DNA of 64,000 bases from Candidatus Omnitrophota bacterium (GCA_028717245.1 JAQUOD010000005.1:18637-82636), one strand, 5' to 3'; counted from the first letter of the stretch, positions 8,329-22,014 are shown. Made by a program: numbers and translations. Notes: a model not told the origin generated them from the letters alone.

Positions 8329-8874
8329 TTATCTCAAAATTTTTTTGGCCTCTTTAACTATCGTCTCAACCTCTGCCAAACAACCCGCACCCACTCTACC
8401 GCAGGCAAGCCTGCCCTTTATCGGCTCGACAAATCTAAACCCTAATGATTTTAATTTCTGAATATTAGCCTGGGTAATGCGATTCTTATACATATTCTCG
8501 TTCATCGCCGGGCAAATCAATATCGGCGCGCGGGTTGCGCAACAGACGCAGGTCAATAAATCGTCGCATATCCCCGAGGCGATCTTGGCAATAATATTCG
8601 CCGTTGCCGGCGCAACTAAAACAAGATCCGCCTTCTCAGCCAAAGCCACGTGCTCTATCTCCCAAATCTCTGGCTCCTCAAATAAGCCCCGATAGACTTT
8701 ATTCCCGGAGAGCCCCTGAAAGAGCGCGGGCCGGATAAACTCCTCTGCCTCCTGCGTCATGACGACCGTAACCGAGAACCCGCCGCTTTTGAGCCGCCGG
8801 AGAATATCGCAGGCCTTATAAATAGCAATGCTTGCCGTTACCCCTAAAACAACGCTCTTCTCTTTATCCGCCAT
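8329..8874 (-). CDS. coaC: phosphopantothenoylcysteine decarboxylase (flavoprotein, CoaC half only)
   Basis: This 181-aa flavoprotein fold has the N-terminal GVTASIAIYK and PAMNENMY motifs characteristic of the CoaC domain of CoaBC. Confidence 0.8.
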   Translation of the reverse strand: MADKEKSVVLGVTASIAIYKACDILRRLKSGGFSVTVVMTQEAEEFIRPALFQGLSGNKVYRGLFEEPEIWEIEHVALAEKADLVLVAPATANIIAKIASGICDDLLTCVCCATRAPILICPAMNENMYKNRITQANIQKLKSLGFRFVEPIKGRLACGRVGAGCLAEVETIVKEAKKILR

Positions 8875-8886
8875 TATGCACCTTCT

Positions 8887-9093
8887 TTAAGAAGCCTTGG
8901 CCTTCTTATAACGCACCTTGCCTTCGGCAATCTCAAACAAAGCTACGGTGGAGGGCTTTATGGACGCATCTACCTCCACAAGTTTGGGTTGGCCTTCGGC
9001 AATCTCTAGGGCCCTTTTAGAGGCCAGGATGACTAGTTTATAAATTGAGTTATCGCTCTTATCCAAGAGTTTCTCTAAGGGCACGTAAACCAT
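8887..9093 (-). CDS. rpoZ: DNA-directed RNA polymerase subunit omega
   Basis: This 68-aa protein, SIYKLVILASKRALEIAEG, is RpoZ-like and sits in the conserved position upstream of gmk. Confidence 0.8.
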   Translation of the reverse strand: MVYVPLEKLLDKSDNSIYKLVILASKRALEIAEGQPKLVEVDASIKPSTVALFEIAEGKVRYKKAKAS

Positions 9094-9096
9094 ATT

Positions 9097-9708
9097 TTAA
9101 CCTTTCCTTGTTTTTAGGCCTGCAATTTCTTCTAATATAATATCCTTTAACTGCCTTACTGCCTGGCGCAGGTCCTTATTCACCAGGCAATAATCATACC
9201 TGCTTGCTGCCTTGACCTCTCCCTGCGCCAGTTTCAGGCGCTGCCTGACCTCTGCACCCTTGGTCTTACGGCAGCGTTTTGTCATCCTCTCTAAAAGCGC
9301 ACCTAGTGATGGGGGCATGATAAAAATTGTTACGGCATTATGTGGATAGAGCCGCTTCAGGGTAAGCGCACCCTTTAAATCTAAACAAAGAATAACATTT
9401 TTGGATTTTTTAATCTGCCCGTCAATAAAATCCCCGGGTGTGGCGTAATAATACCCCAGATATTCGGTCCATTCAAGTAAATTACGCGCCTTGCGCGCTT
9501 CGGCAAATTGCTTCTGGCTCACGAAAAAGTAATCTTTCCCCCTCCGCTCGCCGGAGCGCTTCGGCCGCGTGGTCCAGGAAACAGACTTCACCAGTTTATT
9601 GCGCAGGCTTTTGTCAGAGAGCAGCCTTTTAGCAAGCGTGGTTTTACCCGAACCCGACGGCCCGGACACGACAAATATCAATCCTTTACGCTTTTGGCTT
9701 TTGCTCAC
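9097..9708 (-). CDS. gmk: guanylate kinase
   Basis: It has the P-loop GPSGSGKTT, guanylate kinase motifs (TTRPKRSGE...GKDYFFV), and is 203 aa. Confidence 0.9.
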   Translation of the reverse strand: MSKSQKRKGLIFVVSGPSGSGKTTLAKRLLSDKSLRNKLVKSVSWTTRPKRSGERRGKDYFFVSQKQFAEARKARNLLEWTEYLGYYYATPGDFIDGQIKKSKNVILCLDLKGALTLKRLYPHNAVTIFIMPPSLGALLERMTKRCRKTKGAEVRQRLKLAQGEVKAASRYDYCLVNKDLRQAVRQLKDIILEEIAGLKTRKG

Positions 9709-10529
9709 TCTATATTCTGCAGTTGTTCGCGCATCTTCTCGATTTGGCTCTTGACCTGCACCACTTGTGAAGAAACCATTGCATCGCAGGACTTAGCGCC
9801 CATAGTGTTGGCCTCGCGTTGCATCTCCTGGGCAATAAAATCCAGTTCCTTGCCTATAGGGCCGTCCTTCAAAAGTTGCTCGTGAAAATTATGGGCATGA
9901 AAAATCAACCGTTCCATCTCTTCTGAGATATCGGCATCTTTTAAGAAACTGCTGCGCTCTTCCTCTGTTTTAAAGCGCGTGGCCTTATCCCGTATAACCC
10001 TGCCCAATCTCCTCTTTATGTTATTGAGGTACGCTTCTAATGCCTGCGCCCTTATTTTTAAATAACGCCCCAAGGCCTGGCCTTCCTTACGGCGCATGCG
10101 CACCAATTCATCGAGGGCCTTCTGTACTAGCACCTTCAAGCGCGGCCAGATGCGGGTTTTGGAAATTTGATTTTCCGCCAAAGATAAAACTCCGGGTAAG
10201 TGTATTAACGTATCCAGGCGCACTTCATCTTTCAGGCGGGAATCTCTCTGGATTTTACGCAGCGTGGAAATATAATTTTTTAGCAGCCTCTTATTAACAA
10301 AAATATTATTGGCGCTCCCGCCTGTGATATTCATCGCGCATACCACCCGGCCCCTTTTGACGCGCGCCTCTATTTCCTGCTTTAACTTATCCTCCAGCGA
10401 TAAAAACCCCGCCGGAAGATGAAAGACCGTCTCTAAAAATTTATGGTTAGTGCTCCTGATTTCCAGACAAATTTTGCCAAAAGGCAAAATCAGCATCTCT
10501 TTACTGCCAAAGCCAGTCATGCTCTTCAT
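9705..10529 (-). CDS. YicC-family stress-induced protein (DUF1732)
   Basis: The N-terminal MKSMTGFG is the hallmark of YicC_N, the protein is 274 aa, and it is followed by gmk as in many genomes. Confidence 0.75.
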   Translation of the reverse strand: MKSMTGFGSKEMLILPFGKICLEIRSTNHKFLETVFHLPAGFLSLEDKLKQEIEARVKRGRVVCAMNITGGSANNIFVNKRLLKNYISTLRKIQRDSRLKDEVRLDTLIHLPGVLSLAENQISKTRIWPRLKVLVQKALDELVRMRRKEGQALGRYLKIRAQALEAYLNNIKRRLGRVIRDKATRFKTEEERSSFLKDADISEEMERLIFHAHNFHEQLLKDGPIGKELDFIAQEMQREANTMGAKSCDAMVSSQVVQVKSQIEKMREQLQNIE

Positions 10530-10544
10530 CTTAATAACCTCTCC

Positions 10545-11051
10545 TTAGGCCCAGACCTTAACCTTCTTCTCTTTTTCCACTACTTCTTTGGTGGGATATA
10601 AATTTACAATAATCTCATCGGGCGTAAACCAGAGTTTGATTTCCCTTTCGGTATCAGCCTCGTTTGCCGAGACATGTATCACATTCTCATAAACCCCGGA
10701 AGTAGTGATCCTGCCGTAAGAACCCCGGATGCTCGTGGGGTCGGCCTCCTCGGGATTGGTGGCTCCGGCGAGCTGCCGGCATTTAGTAATCGCGTTCTCT
10801 CCCCAATAAACCAATGCCATGACTTTACGGCGGTTATGCAGCTCCCCGCAGATATACTTTACTATCTCCCCGAAAAATGGCTTATCTTTAAGGTGCTGAT
10901 AATGCTCTTCTGCCAAACCCTTAGACACACGCACAATTTTGGCTGCCACAATCTCCAGTTTTGTCTCAGAGAGACGAGTGAGGATGTTCCCGGTTAAAGA
11001 TTTTTTCAGGCCATCGGGCTTGATCAGAATTAAGGTTGCCTGATTCGTCAT
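10545..11051 (-). CDS. ndk: nucleoside diphosphate kinase
   Basis: The NDK motifs LILIKPDG...NVIHVSAN are present, with a C-terminal extension of about 25 aa. Confidence 0.9.
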   Translation of the reverse strand: MTNQATLILIKPDGLKKSLTGNILTRLSETKLEIVAAKIVRVSKGLAEEHYQHLKDKPFFGEIVKYICGELHNRRKVMALVYWGENAITKCRQLAGATNPEEADPTSIRGSYGRITTSGVYENVIHVSANEADTEREIKLWFTPDEIIVNLYPTKEVVEKEKKVKVWA

Positions 11052-11911
11052 AACGAGCCTCCTCTGACAATCTTCAGAATTCTTTCTAAATCTTCCTGTG
11101 AATAAAATTCCACAAGGATGTGCCCGCGTTTCTTGCGCTTGCTGATCCTGACTTTTGTGGCTAAGATGTGCTGCAGCTCTTCCTCTAAAACCGCTACATA
11201 AGGGTCGCGTAATCCCTGGCCTATCTTGCGCTTGGGCATTCTCCTACGCTGTGTTTTGATCAGGTTCTCCAGCTCTCTGACCGACAGGCTCTTAGAAATA
11301 GCCTCCTGGGCCAAGCGGCGCTGTTGGTTTAAATCTTCTACCTCCAGCAGGGCCCGGCCATGGGCAAAAGAAATACGCCCCTTCTTAATCTCCTCTTGAA
11401 TTTCCTGCGGTAGATTTAATAAGCGCAAGGTATTGGTCACCGAAACCCGGGACTTACCCAGGACCTGGCTAATTTTTTCGTGCGTAACCTGAAATTTTTC
11501 AATAAGAAATTGGTAGGCATGTGCCTCTTCAATGGCGTTAAGCGCTTGCCTTTGAATATTTTCTATTAAGGCAATCTCCAGGGAATCGCGGTCCTCCACG
11601 TCTTTGACGATAACTGGTATCTCTTTTAAATTCAATAACTTAGCTGCACGGAATCGCCTTTCTCCGGCAATCAATTCATAATCATCGCCCCGGCGCCTGA
11701 CTAAGACCGGCTGGATTACCCCTTTTTCTTTTACGGACTGGGTCAGCTCTTCCATACCCTGGCCATCAAAATCCTCGCGCGGTTGAAAAGGGCTGGGCTT
11801 GATATGCCCTAATTCAACGTAAAGGACTCCTGCCTGTTTTCCGACGGAATCCGGCAATTCCTTACCGGGGATTAAAGCGCTTATTCCTTTGCCTAAGGCT
11901 TTTCTTTCCAT
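11048..11911 (-). CDS. parB: chromosome partitioning protein ParB/Spo0J
   Basis: It has the ParB box GERRFRAAK, an HTH region, and a 4-nt overlap with ndk. Confidence 0.9.
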   Translation of the reverse strand: MERKALGKGISALIPGKELPDSVGKQAGVLYVELGHIKPSPFQPREDFDGQGMEELTQSVKEKGVIQPVLVRRRGDDYELIAGERRFRAAKLLNLKEIPVIVKDVEDRDSLEIALIENIQRQALNAIEEAHAYQFLIEKFQVTHEKISQVLGKSRVSVTNTLRLLNLPQEIQEEIKKGRISFAHGRALLEVEDLNQQRRLAQEAISKSLSVRELENLIKTQRRRMPKRKIGQGLRDPYVAVLEEELQHILATKVRISKRKKRGHILVEFYSQEDLERILKIVRGGSL

Positions 11912-12705
11912 TCTACTTCTCCTTCTGGCTGAGTATTGCCGGCAAGAGGAATCCCCAAAATCTCTTTGGTTAATTCCTCGTATTTTTGCGCGCCGATAGA
12001 TTCTTTATCATAGAGGGCAATGGGCTTGCCGAAACTCGGCGCTTCAGTTAAACGGATACTACGGGGTATGACTGTATTATAAACTTTCTCTTTAAAATAA
12101 ACCCGCGCTTCCTGGATTACTTCTTTGGTGAGGTTGGTACGGAAATCTGCCATAGTTAATAATACTCCCTCAATGTCGAGGCCAGGATTAAGATTTTCTT
12201 TCACAAGTTTAATAGTATTAGCGAGTTGCGTTAATCCTTCCAGGGCATAGTATTCGCATTGCACGGGGATAAGAATAGAATCAGATGCGCATAATGCATT
12301 AATAGTTAAAAGCCCCAGAGAAGGCGGGGAATCAATAATGATAAAATCAAAATTTTCCCGCTCTTTGGCAAGGGCCCTCTTTAACCTGTATTCCCGGCCG
12401 AGCGTGCCTACTAATTCCACTTCGGCACCGGTAAGATCTAAATTAGACGGCGCTAAAACAAGATTGGGCACAGCAGTAGGCTGCAATATTTCTTTAATGT
12501 CCAGCTCTTCTAAAAGGACGTGATAAGTGCTCTTTTTGATATCATGCTTATTGATACCTATGCCGCTGGTAGCATTGGCCTGAGGATCTAAATCAATAAG
12601 TAAAACTTTTTTTTGGGCTAAGGCAAAATAAGTGGCTAAATTAATGGCTGAGGTAGTCTTACCTGTGCCACCCTTCTGATTACAGATACTGATTACCTTA
12701 CCCAT
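11893..12705 (-). CDS. parA: chromosome partitioning ATPase ParA/Soj
   Basis: It has the deviant Walker A KGGTGKTT and is 270 aa. Confidence 0.9.
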   Translation of the reverse strand: MGKVISICNQKGGTGKTTSAINLATYFALAQKKVLLIDLDPQANATSGIGINKHDIKKSTYHVLLEELDIKEILQPTAVPNLVLAPSNLDLTGAEVELVGTLGREYRLKRALAKERENFDFIIIDSPPSLGLLTINALCASDSILIPVQCEYYALEGLTQLANTIKLVKENLNPGLDIEGVLLTMADFRTNLTKEVIQEARVYFKEKVYNTVIPRSIRLTEAPSFGKPIALYDKESIGAQKYEELTKEILGIPLAGNTQPEGEVEWKEKP

Positions 12706-12795
12706 TGCAATTTATATAGTTACAAATTGTTGTACGGGGAACATATATTTACTAACGTTTATTTTATCTTTATTTTATTACAAGAAAACAGCTTG

Positions 12796-13026
12796 TCAAG
12801 TATTTTCTTTTCCGCCGAAGGCGGATCCGCCTGCGGCGGAATCTCTTATAATACTTACCCTGACTTTTGCGGGCTTGGCGCCAGGCATACCAAAAAGCCC
12901 TTTTTCTTCCTCGGAGAGCACCTCTATTTTTACTTTAGAACGCGGAAGCTTGAGTTGTTTTAAGGCCTTCTTGATTGCATCTTCTACAGTACTACCTTCA
13001 ATTTCCAGGCTAAATTTAGGGGTCAT
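12796..13026 (-). CDS. Jag_N-domain protein (KhpB N-terminal domain only)
   Basis: This 76-aa protein matches the Jag N-terminal domain pattern (IEGSTVEDAIKKALKQL...KVKIEVL...FGMPGAKPAKVRV). It occupies the jag position after yidC but lacks the KH/R3H domains. Confidence 0.55.
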   Translation of the reverse strand: MTPKFSLEIEGSTVEDAIKKALKQLKLPRSKVKIEVLSEEEKGLFGMPGAKPAKVRVSIIRDSAAGGSAFGGKENT

Positions 13027-14540
13027 CTTTTCCTGCTCATCAGCACCTGCTGTAACAACATCAGCGTACTATTAATAAACCAATATAAGACTAACCCTGA
13101 AGGCATCCGATAAAAAATAAAGCCGAACATCAGGGGAAAAATAATCATCATTAATTTCTGCTGGTCGGCAGAACCACCACTGACAGCAGACATGGACATT
13201 TTTTGCTGGAAAAACATCCCGATAGCCATTAATATCGGTAAGATATTAATTTCATTGCCTAATATGGGGATAGATGTCGGCAAAACAAATAAGCGGTCCG
13301 GCGAGGATAAGTCTTTGATCCATAAAAAGTTAGCGCCTTTTAAGGCTACAGAGCGGATAAGCACTTGGTAAAGAGCAAAGAATATGGGTATTTGCAGGAC
13401 CATAGGCAGGCAACCGCTGAGGGGGTTTACTTTATACTCGCGATATAAAGCCATAATCTCAGTATTGAGTTTTTGCGGATTGTTTTTGTGGAGTTTCTTT
13501 AATTCTTCTATGGCAGGCTGTAAGGCCTGCATCTGCTTCATAGAGCGCATTTGTTTTATGGAGAGGGGATAGAGGAGCAAATAGATCAAAAAGCTTAATA
13601 TAATGATAGTAACGCCCCAATTATGCACTAAAGAATAGAGCAGGTCTAATAATTTCAAGAGGAGCCGGGCAATAAAATCAAAGGTGCCATAATACATCAC
13701 TGCTGCCCACTCTGATTTCGCCGCAGTGATTTGTCGCAACTCTTGCGGCCCCAAATAGATACGAAATGTACGCCGCGCTTGTTGACCGGGATTTAAAGCA
13801 AGTTCCCCACTAGCTAAACCTACCAGTGATTCCTGCGCATTCAGTTTTTTCACAAAGCCGGTGTAATTATCAGGATCCGGTTCGACAATCATACAAAAAT
13901 AATTATCCCGCAAACCCATAAATTTCACAGCACTAAAATTAATTTCTTTGCGCAGATTAGAATGCACTATCTTATCACCGGCGGCTATGGTGAGATCCTG
14001 CAACCGGGACTGCGCAGGCCCGGCTGCGAAATTTAAGACACCCAGGGTTAAAGGCAGGCCAACAAAGAGGGGCTGACCGGATAAATTCTGCGCTGTAATT
14101 TCCAGGCGGATTTCGTAATCTCCGACGGCAACGAAGCGTTTGGTAATCTGTTTGGCGTTATCGCGATAGATAAAATTCACGCCTTGCGGGGTAATGCTTT
14201 CCTTACGGAAGACAAGGTTGGCATCGCCTGATAAGAGCCCGTATTTTATGGGAAAGGCATAATCCTGATAAGATTTAAAGACTACCTCCTGAATCGCTGC
14301 CTGAGATTCATTAAAAATAAGGTCGTATTTTGCTTGAGAAAATTTCAATAGGGTAGGAGTAATGGGGTCGGGTTTGGGTAACGCCAACGCTTCTACAACT
14401 ACTGGCTTAACCGCACCCGGCGCTGATATATTTTGTGTAACTCCTTTATTATCAATATTATAAGTCTTAGAAACCAAGGCGGACCAGCTTAATAAAACCA
14501 GCAACGAAAGCGCTATAGCTAAAATTAAACGTCTATCCAT
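13023..14540 (-). CDS. yidC: membrane protein insertase YidC
   Basis: This 505-aa protein has an N-terminal TM segment, a periplasmic domain and the C-terminal 5-TM YidC core. It is in the rpmH-yidD-yidC cluster. Confidence 0.9.
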   Translation of the reverse strand: MDRRLILAIALSLLVLLSWSALVSKTYNIDNKGVTQNISAPGAVKPVVVEALALPKPDPITPTLLKFSQAKYDLIFNESQAAIQEVVFKSYQDYAFPIKYGLLSGDANLVFRKESITPQGVNFIYRDNAKQITKRFVAVGDYEIRLEITAQNLSGQPLFVGLPLTLGVLNFAAGPAQSRLQDLTIAAGDKIVHSNLRKEINFSAVKFMGLRDNYFCMIVEPDPDNYTGFVKKLNAQESLVGLASGELALNPGQQARRTFRIYLGPQELRQITAAKSEWAAVMYYGTFDFIARLLLKLLDLLYSLVHNWGVTIIILSFLIYLLLYPLSIKQMRSMKQMQALQPAIEELKKLHKNNPQKLNTEIMALYREYKVNPLSGCLPMVLQIPIFFALYQVLIRSVALKGANFLWIKDLSSPDRLFVLPTSIPILGNEINILPILMAIGMFFQQKMSMSAVSGGSADQQKLMMIIFPLMFGFIFYRMPSGLVLYWFINSTLMLLQQVLMSRKR

Positions 14541-14603
14541 AATTTTACCCCGCTAGATAAAGGTTATCCCGCCGCAACCACATTCTTTGGCGGGAGTGAT
14601 TAT

Positions 14604-14819
14604 TTATAGTAAGGGATCCCAACCACTTTTACGCGAGAAAGGATGGCACGCTAATAGCCTCTGCGCACCCTTTAAAGTCCCGCGCAAGAAACCGTATTTG
14701 CTGATCGCCTGTTTAGTGTATTCTGAACAGCTGGGCAGAAAGCGGCAAGAGGAAGGCAGCATCCTGCGTATGCAGCTTTGATATATATTAAGGAGACCGA
14801 GCGCTGCTCTTTTTAACAT
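14604..14819 (-). CDS. yidD: membrane protein insertion efficiency factor YidD
   Basis: It has the PSCSEY motif and is 71 aa. Confidence 0.85.
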   Translation of the reverse strand: MLKRAALGLLNIYQSCIRRMLPSSCRFLPSCSEYTKQAISKYGFLRGTLKGAQRLLACHPFSRKSGWDPLL

Positions 14820-14956
14820 TAAAGAGAAATACTGTGTCTGCCTTTTTGGCGCCGACGGGCTAAAACTGCTCTGCCTGCCTTTGTGGCCATGCGGCGCCGG
14901 AACCCGTGCCGTCGTTGACCGACGATATTTGTGGGCGTCTTTAAATTTTTTTTCAT
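14819..14956 (-). CDS. rpmH: 50S ribosomal protein L34
   Basis: The minus-strand ATG at 14954-14956 gives [45 protein letters not shown], 45 aa. It was missed by the ORF track because it is under 60 aa. Its stop shares 1 nt with the yidD start. Confidence 0.9.
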   Translation of the reverse strand: MKKNLKTPTNIVGQRRHGFRRRMATKAGRAVLARRRQKGRHSISL

Positions 14957-15117
14957 GCGGGGGCTCGTCCTTGTATTGTATGGCGTTTAGAATAGTGCAG
15001 TAATTATAACATAAGCCAACGCCAAGTCAATACCGCTTTTTAAAATATTATCCCGCGCCCCCTAACCACTTGAATCAAGATAACCACGGGTGAAAAGGAT
15101 ATTTAAAGTATTGATCC

Positions 15118-15205
15118 ATGGGCGAACGGTTTTAGCGGGTCCTGCCGCGGGGGCGCCTCTCGTCAAATTTTCCTCGAGGCATCCCCCGCGTCACCCGCTA
15201 AAAGC
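15118..15205 (+). repeat. copy 1 of a repeated palindromic element (44-nt identical core CCTCTCGTCAAATTTTCCTCGAGGCATCCCCCGCGTCACCCGC with flanking compensatory stem)
   Basis: An identical 44-mer is also present at about 33685-33728. Outer stem: copy 1 is TTTTAGCGGGT...ACCCGCTAAAA and copy 2 is TTTTGCGGGT...ACCCGCAAAA. Confidence 0.7.
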
Positions 15206-15329
15206 ATTATCTATAAACAGTATGCTAATTTTAAACTTAACTTGATTTTTGTTGACTGACACAAAAATTATTGTATAATAATGCACACACCTTATTTTCT
15301 CTTGCGCTATTATTGGGCTTTGTTATAAT

Positions 15330-15385
15330 ATTTCCACAGGTTTATCCAAGTTGTGCATAAGCTGTGAATAATGTAGATAAGTGGG
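15330..15385. promoter_or_regulatory. cluster of DnaA-box-like 9-mers immediately upstream of dnaA
   Basis: TTATCCAAG, TGTGCATAA, TGTGAATAA and TGTAGATAA (7-8 of 9 matches to TTATCCACA/TGTGGATAA) occur within 60 bp, and there is a TATAAT-like box at about 15323. Confidence 0.55.
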
Positions 15386-15396
15386 GCAATTAAGCC

Positions 15397-16731
15397 ATGC
15401 TGGACGTCCAAGGGCTTTGGGAGAAGGCGAAGAGCCATTTACAAGATAAGCTGGGTAAGACTACTTTTGACACGTGGATACTGCCTCTGAAGCCAAAATA
15501 CACAAGCGAAACTGAGCTGACCCTGGCAGCCCCGGATACTTTTTTCCGGGACTGGGTAAATACGCACTATGGCCAACCCATCCAGGAAGCAATTAATGGT
15601 TTCGCCAAGCAGGTAATCCGTCTGCATTTAGAAGCCGCCTCTGCTGCCAAGGATAGTTTATCCCGACTACCCCCACTGGCCACAACTAAAATCCAGGATA
15701 TAAAGGATATCTCCGGCCTGAACTCCCGTTATACATTTGAAAATTTTGTCATCGGCCCGTCTAACCGCCATGCCCATGCTTATTCTCTGGCAGTGGCAGA
15801 ATCCCCGGCCAAAACTTATAACCCTTTGTTTATATACGGCGGGGTGGGCCTGGGCAAGACGCACCTGATCCAGGCGGTCTGCCATCATGCTAAAAACAAG
15901 GCCGGGGGGAATCTTAAGATCTGCTATATGACTTCAGAGCGGTTCACCAATGAGCTCATCGACGCCATACAGCACCATTCTACACCTGCCTTCAGGCAGA
16001 AATACAGAAACGTGGATATATTGGTCATAGATGATATACATTTTATTGCCGGCAAGGAATCTACCCAGGAAGAATTCTTCCATACCTTTAATACATTATA
16101 CGACGCCCACAAGCAGATTATTATTTCCTCCGATAGGCCGCCCAAAGAGATATCTAACTTGCAAGACAGGCTCGTCTCCAGGTTTGGCTGGGGGTTGACT
16201 ACGGATATACAGCCCCCGGATTTAGAAACGCGGGTGGCGATATTAAAGAAAAAAATCGAGAGAGAGCCGGTGGCAGTGCCGGATGAAGTCATATTTTTTA
16301 TCGCCCAGCTGATTAAAACTAATATCCGGGAATTGGAGGGCGCTCTCATACGCACCATAGCTTATTCTCTGTTGGAAGAGAAACCAATTACCTTAGAATT
16401 AACCAAAGAGGTTTTAAAAGACCTCTTAAAAGAACCACAAAAATTAATTACCGTGGATTTTATACAGCGTTGCGTGGCGGAAGAATACGGGGTGTCGCTT
16501 GCGGACTTAAAGACCAGGCGTAGGAGCAAAAATATTGTCCTGCCCCGGCAAGTAGCTATGTATCTGAGCAGGGAACTTACAGACCTGTCTTTGCCGGAAA
16601 TAGGTAATTTTTTCGGGGGCAAAGATCATACTACCGTATTACATTCCTATAATAAAATCAAAAATGATTTAAATAGTAACGAGATATTAAAAAACAAGGT
16701 AGAAAGGGTTATACAAGTTATTCAACAGTAA
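15397..16731 (+). CDS. dnaA: chromosomal replication initiator DnaA
   Basis: It has the AAA+ Walker A GGVGLGKTHL, sensor motifs, and a C-terminal DnaA-box binding HTH (VAMYLSRELT). It is 444 aa. Confidence 0.97.
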   Translation: MLDVQGLWEKAKSHLQDKLGKTTFDTWILPLKPKYTSETELTLAAPDTFFRDWVNTHYGQPIQEAINGFAKQVIRLHLEAASAAKDSLSRLPPLATTKIQDIKDISGLNSRYTFENFVIGPSNRHAHAYSLAVAESPAKTYNPLFIYGGVGLGKTHLIQAVCHHAKNKAGGNLKICYMTSERFTNELIDAIQHHSTPAFRQKYRNVDILVIDDIHFIAGKESTQEEFFHTFNTLYDAHKQIIISSDRPPKEISNLQDRLVSRFGWGLTTDIQPPDLETRVAILKKKIEREPVAVPDEVIFFIAQLIKTNIRELEGALIRTIAYSLLEEKPITLELTKEVLKDLLKEPQKLITVDFIQRCVAEEYGVSLADLKTRRRSKNIVLPRQVAMYLSRELTDLSLPEIGNFFGGKDHTTVLHSYNKIKNDLNSNEILKNKVERVIQVIQQ

Positions 16732-16873
16732 ATCCAAGGGTTATGATAGTAATGTGTTTTATATAACCAACGTAAAATAATGCACTTAAAAAATTTTACA
16801 CATAAAACAAAACCCTATTACTTTTAATATGATATATATTATATATAATAATTAATAATAAAAGGAGTTTTAA
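16732..16873. promoter_or_regulatory. AT-rich dnaA-dnaN spacer, candidate DNA unwinding element of oriC
   Basis: This is a 140-bp stretch of very high AT content (runs ATATATATTATATATAATAATTAATAATAAAA) in an otherwise GC-balanced window. Confidence 0.5.
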
Positions 16874-17961
16874 ATGAAAATTAAGGTTACAAAAGATGTT
16901 TTATTAAGCGGCATACAAAAAGTACAGAATGTTATTACCTCTAAAGCTACATTACCCATATTATCCAATATATTACTTGAAGCGCAACAGAACAATCTTA
17001 AGTTAACCGCAACCGATTTAGACATAGGGATAAGCTGTGTAATACCTGTGGAAACCCAGGAACCCGGAATCATAACAGTCCCCGCTAAAAGATTTAGCGA
17101 TATTATTAAAGAATTACCCGGAGATAATGTTAGTATTAATACCAAAAAAAATAACCTGGTAATTGTGGAGACCGAAACCTGTCAGTTTAAAATTATGGGT
17201 TTAGCTCCCGAGGATTTTCCCAAACTACCCGAGTTTAAAAATATGGCAGTAATCCACTTAGAGCAGGCTACCTTAAAAGAAATGTTGAATTTAACCGCAT
17301 TTGCGGTATCATTGGACGAAACCAGGTATATTTTAAATGGTATATTATTTAAACTCCATCATAATAGCCTGACCTTAGTAGCCACAGACGGTAAAAGACT
17401 GGCGGTAGCTGAGAAAACACTACAGCAGCCCTTAGAGAAAGACATACAAATTATTGTGCCTTTGAAGGCCATACAGGAATTGAACCGCAATCTTAAAGAA
17501 GAAGGAGAGCTGGCGTTATTGTTAGGGAATAATCAGGTGTTATTTGATTTTAATGGTACCATAGTGATTTCCCGCCTTATTGAGGGGGAATTTCCGGATT
17601 ACCAGCAGGTAGTCCCGCCATTATCAGAGAATAAAATACATATCCCCCGCGAACAGTTTTTATGGGCTGTACGCAGGGCGGCTTTGTTGTCAACGCCGGA
17701 TTACCAGGCGGTAAAATTAGAGACCTTCAAAAATAAATTAGTGGTTTCAAAATCTACTCCTGATATCGGGGAATCCCGGGAAGAATTGGCTGTAGAATAC
17801 CGGGGCAAAGAGATGGCCATTGGTTTTAACCCCGCGTACCTGGCGGATGTCTTGAAGAATTTACAGGATGAGAATGTGGAGCTGGAATTAACCGATAGCG
17901 AAAAACCCGGGGTTATACGGTTGAGTGGATATGTTTATATTGTGCTGCCCATGCGTTTAAG

Positions 17962-17965
<4 letters not shown>
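16874..17965 (+). CDS. dnaN: DNA polymerase III beta sliding clamp
   Basis: This 363-aa protein has the three-domain clamp pattern and sits directly downstream of dnaA. Confidence 0.95.
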
Positions 17966-22013
<4,048 letters not shown>

Positions 22014-22014
22014 A

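Noticed and set aside
14820-14956. Search for rnpA between rpmH and yidD
   Set aside because: No space exists because rpmH and yidD overlap by 1 nt, so the absence of rnpA is treated as an observation, not a missed gene.
15118-15205. Integron attC site interpretation of the 44-nt-core palindromic repeats
   Set aside because: There are no recognisable R''/L''-L'/R' core sites (GTTRRRY) and no intI nearby. Both copies lie in ordinary intergenic positions.
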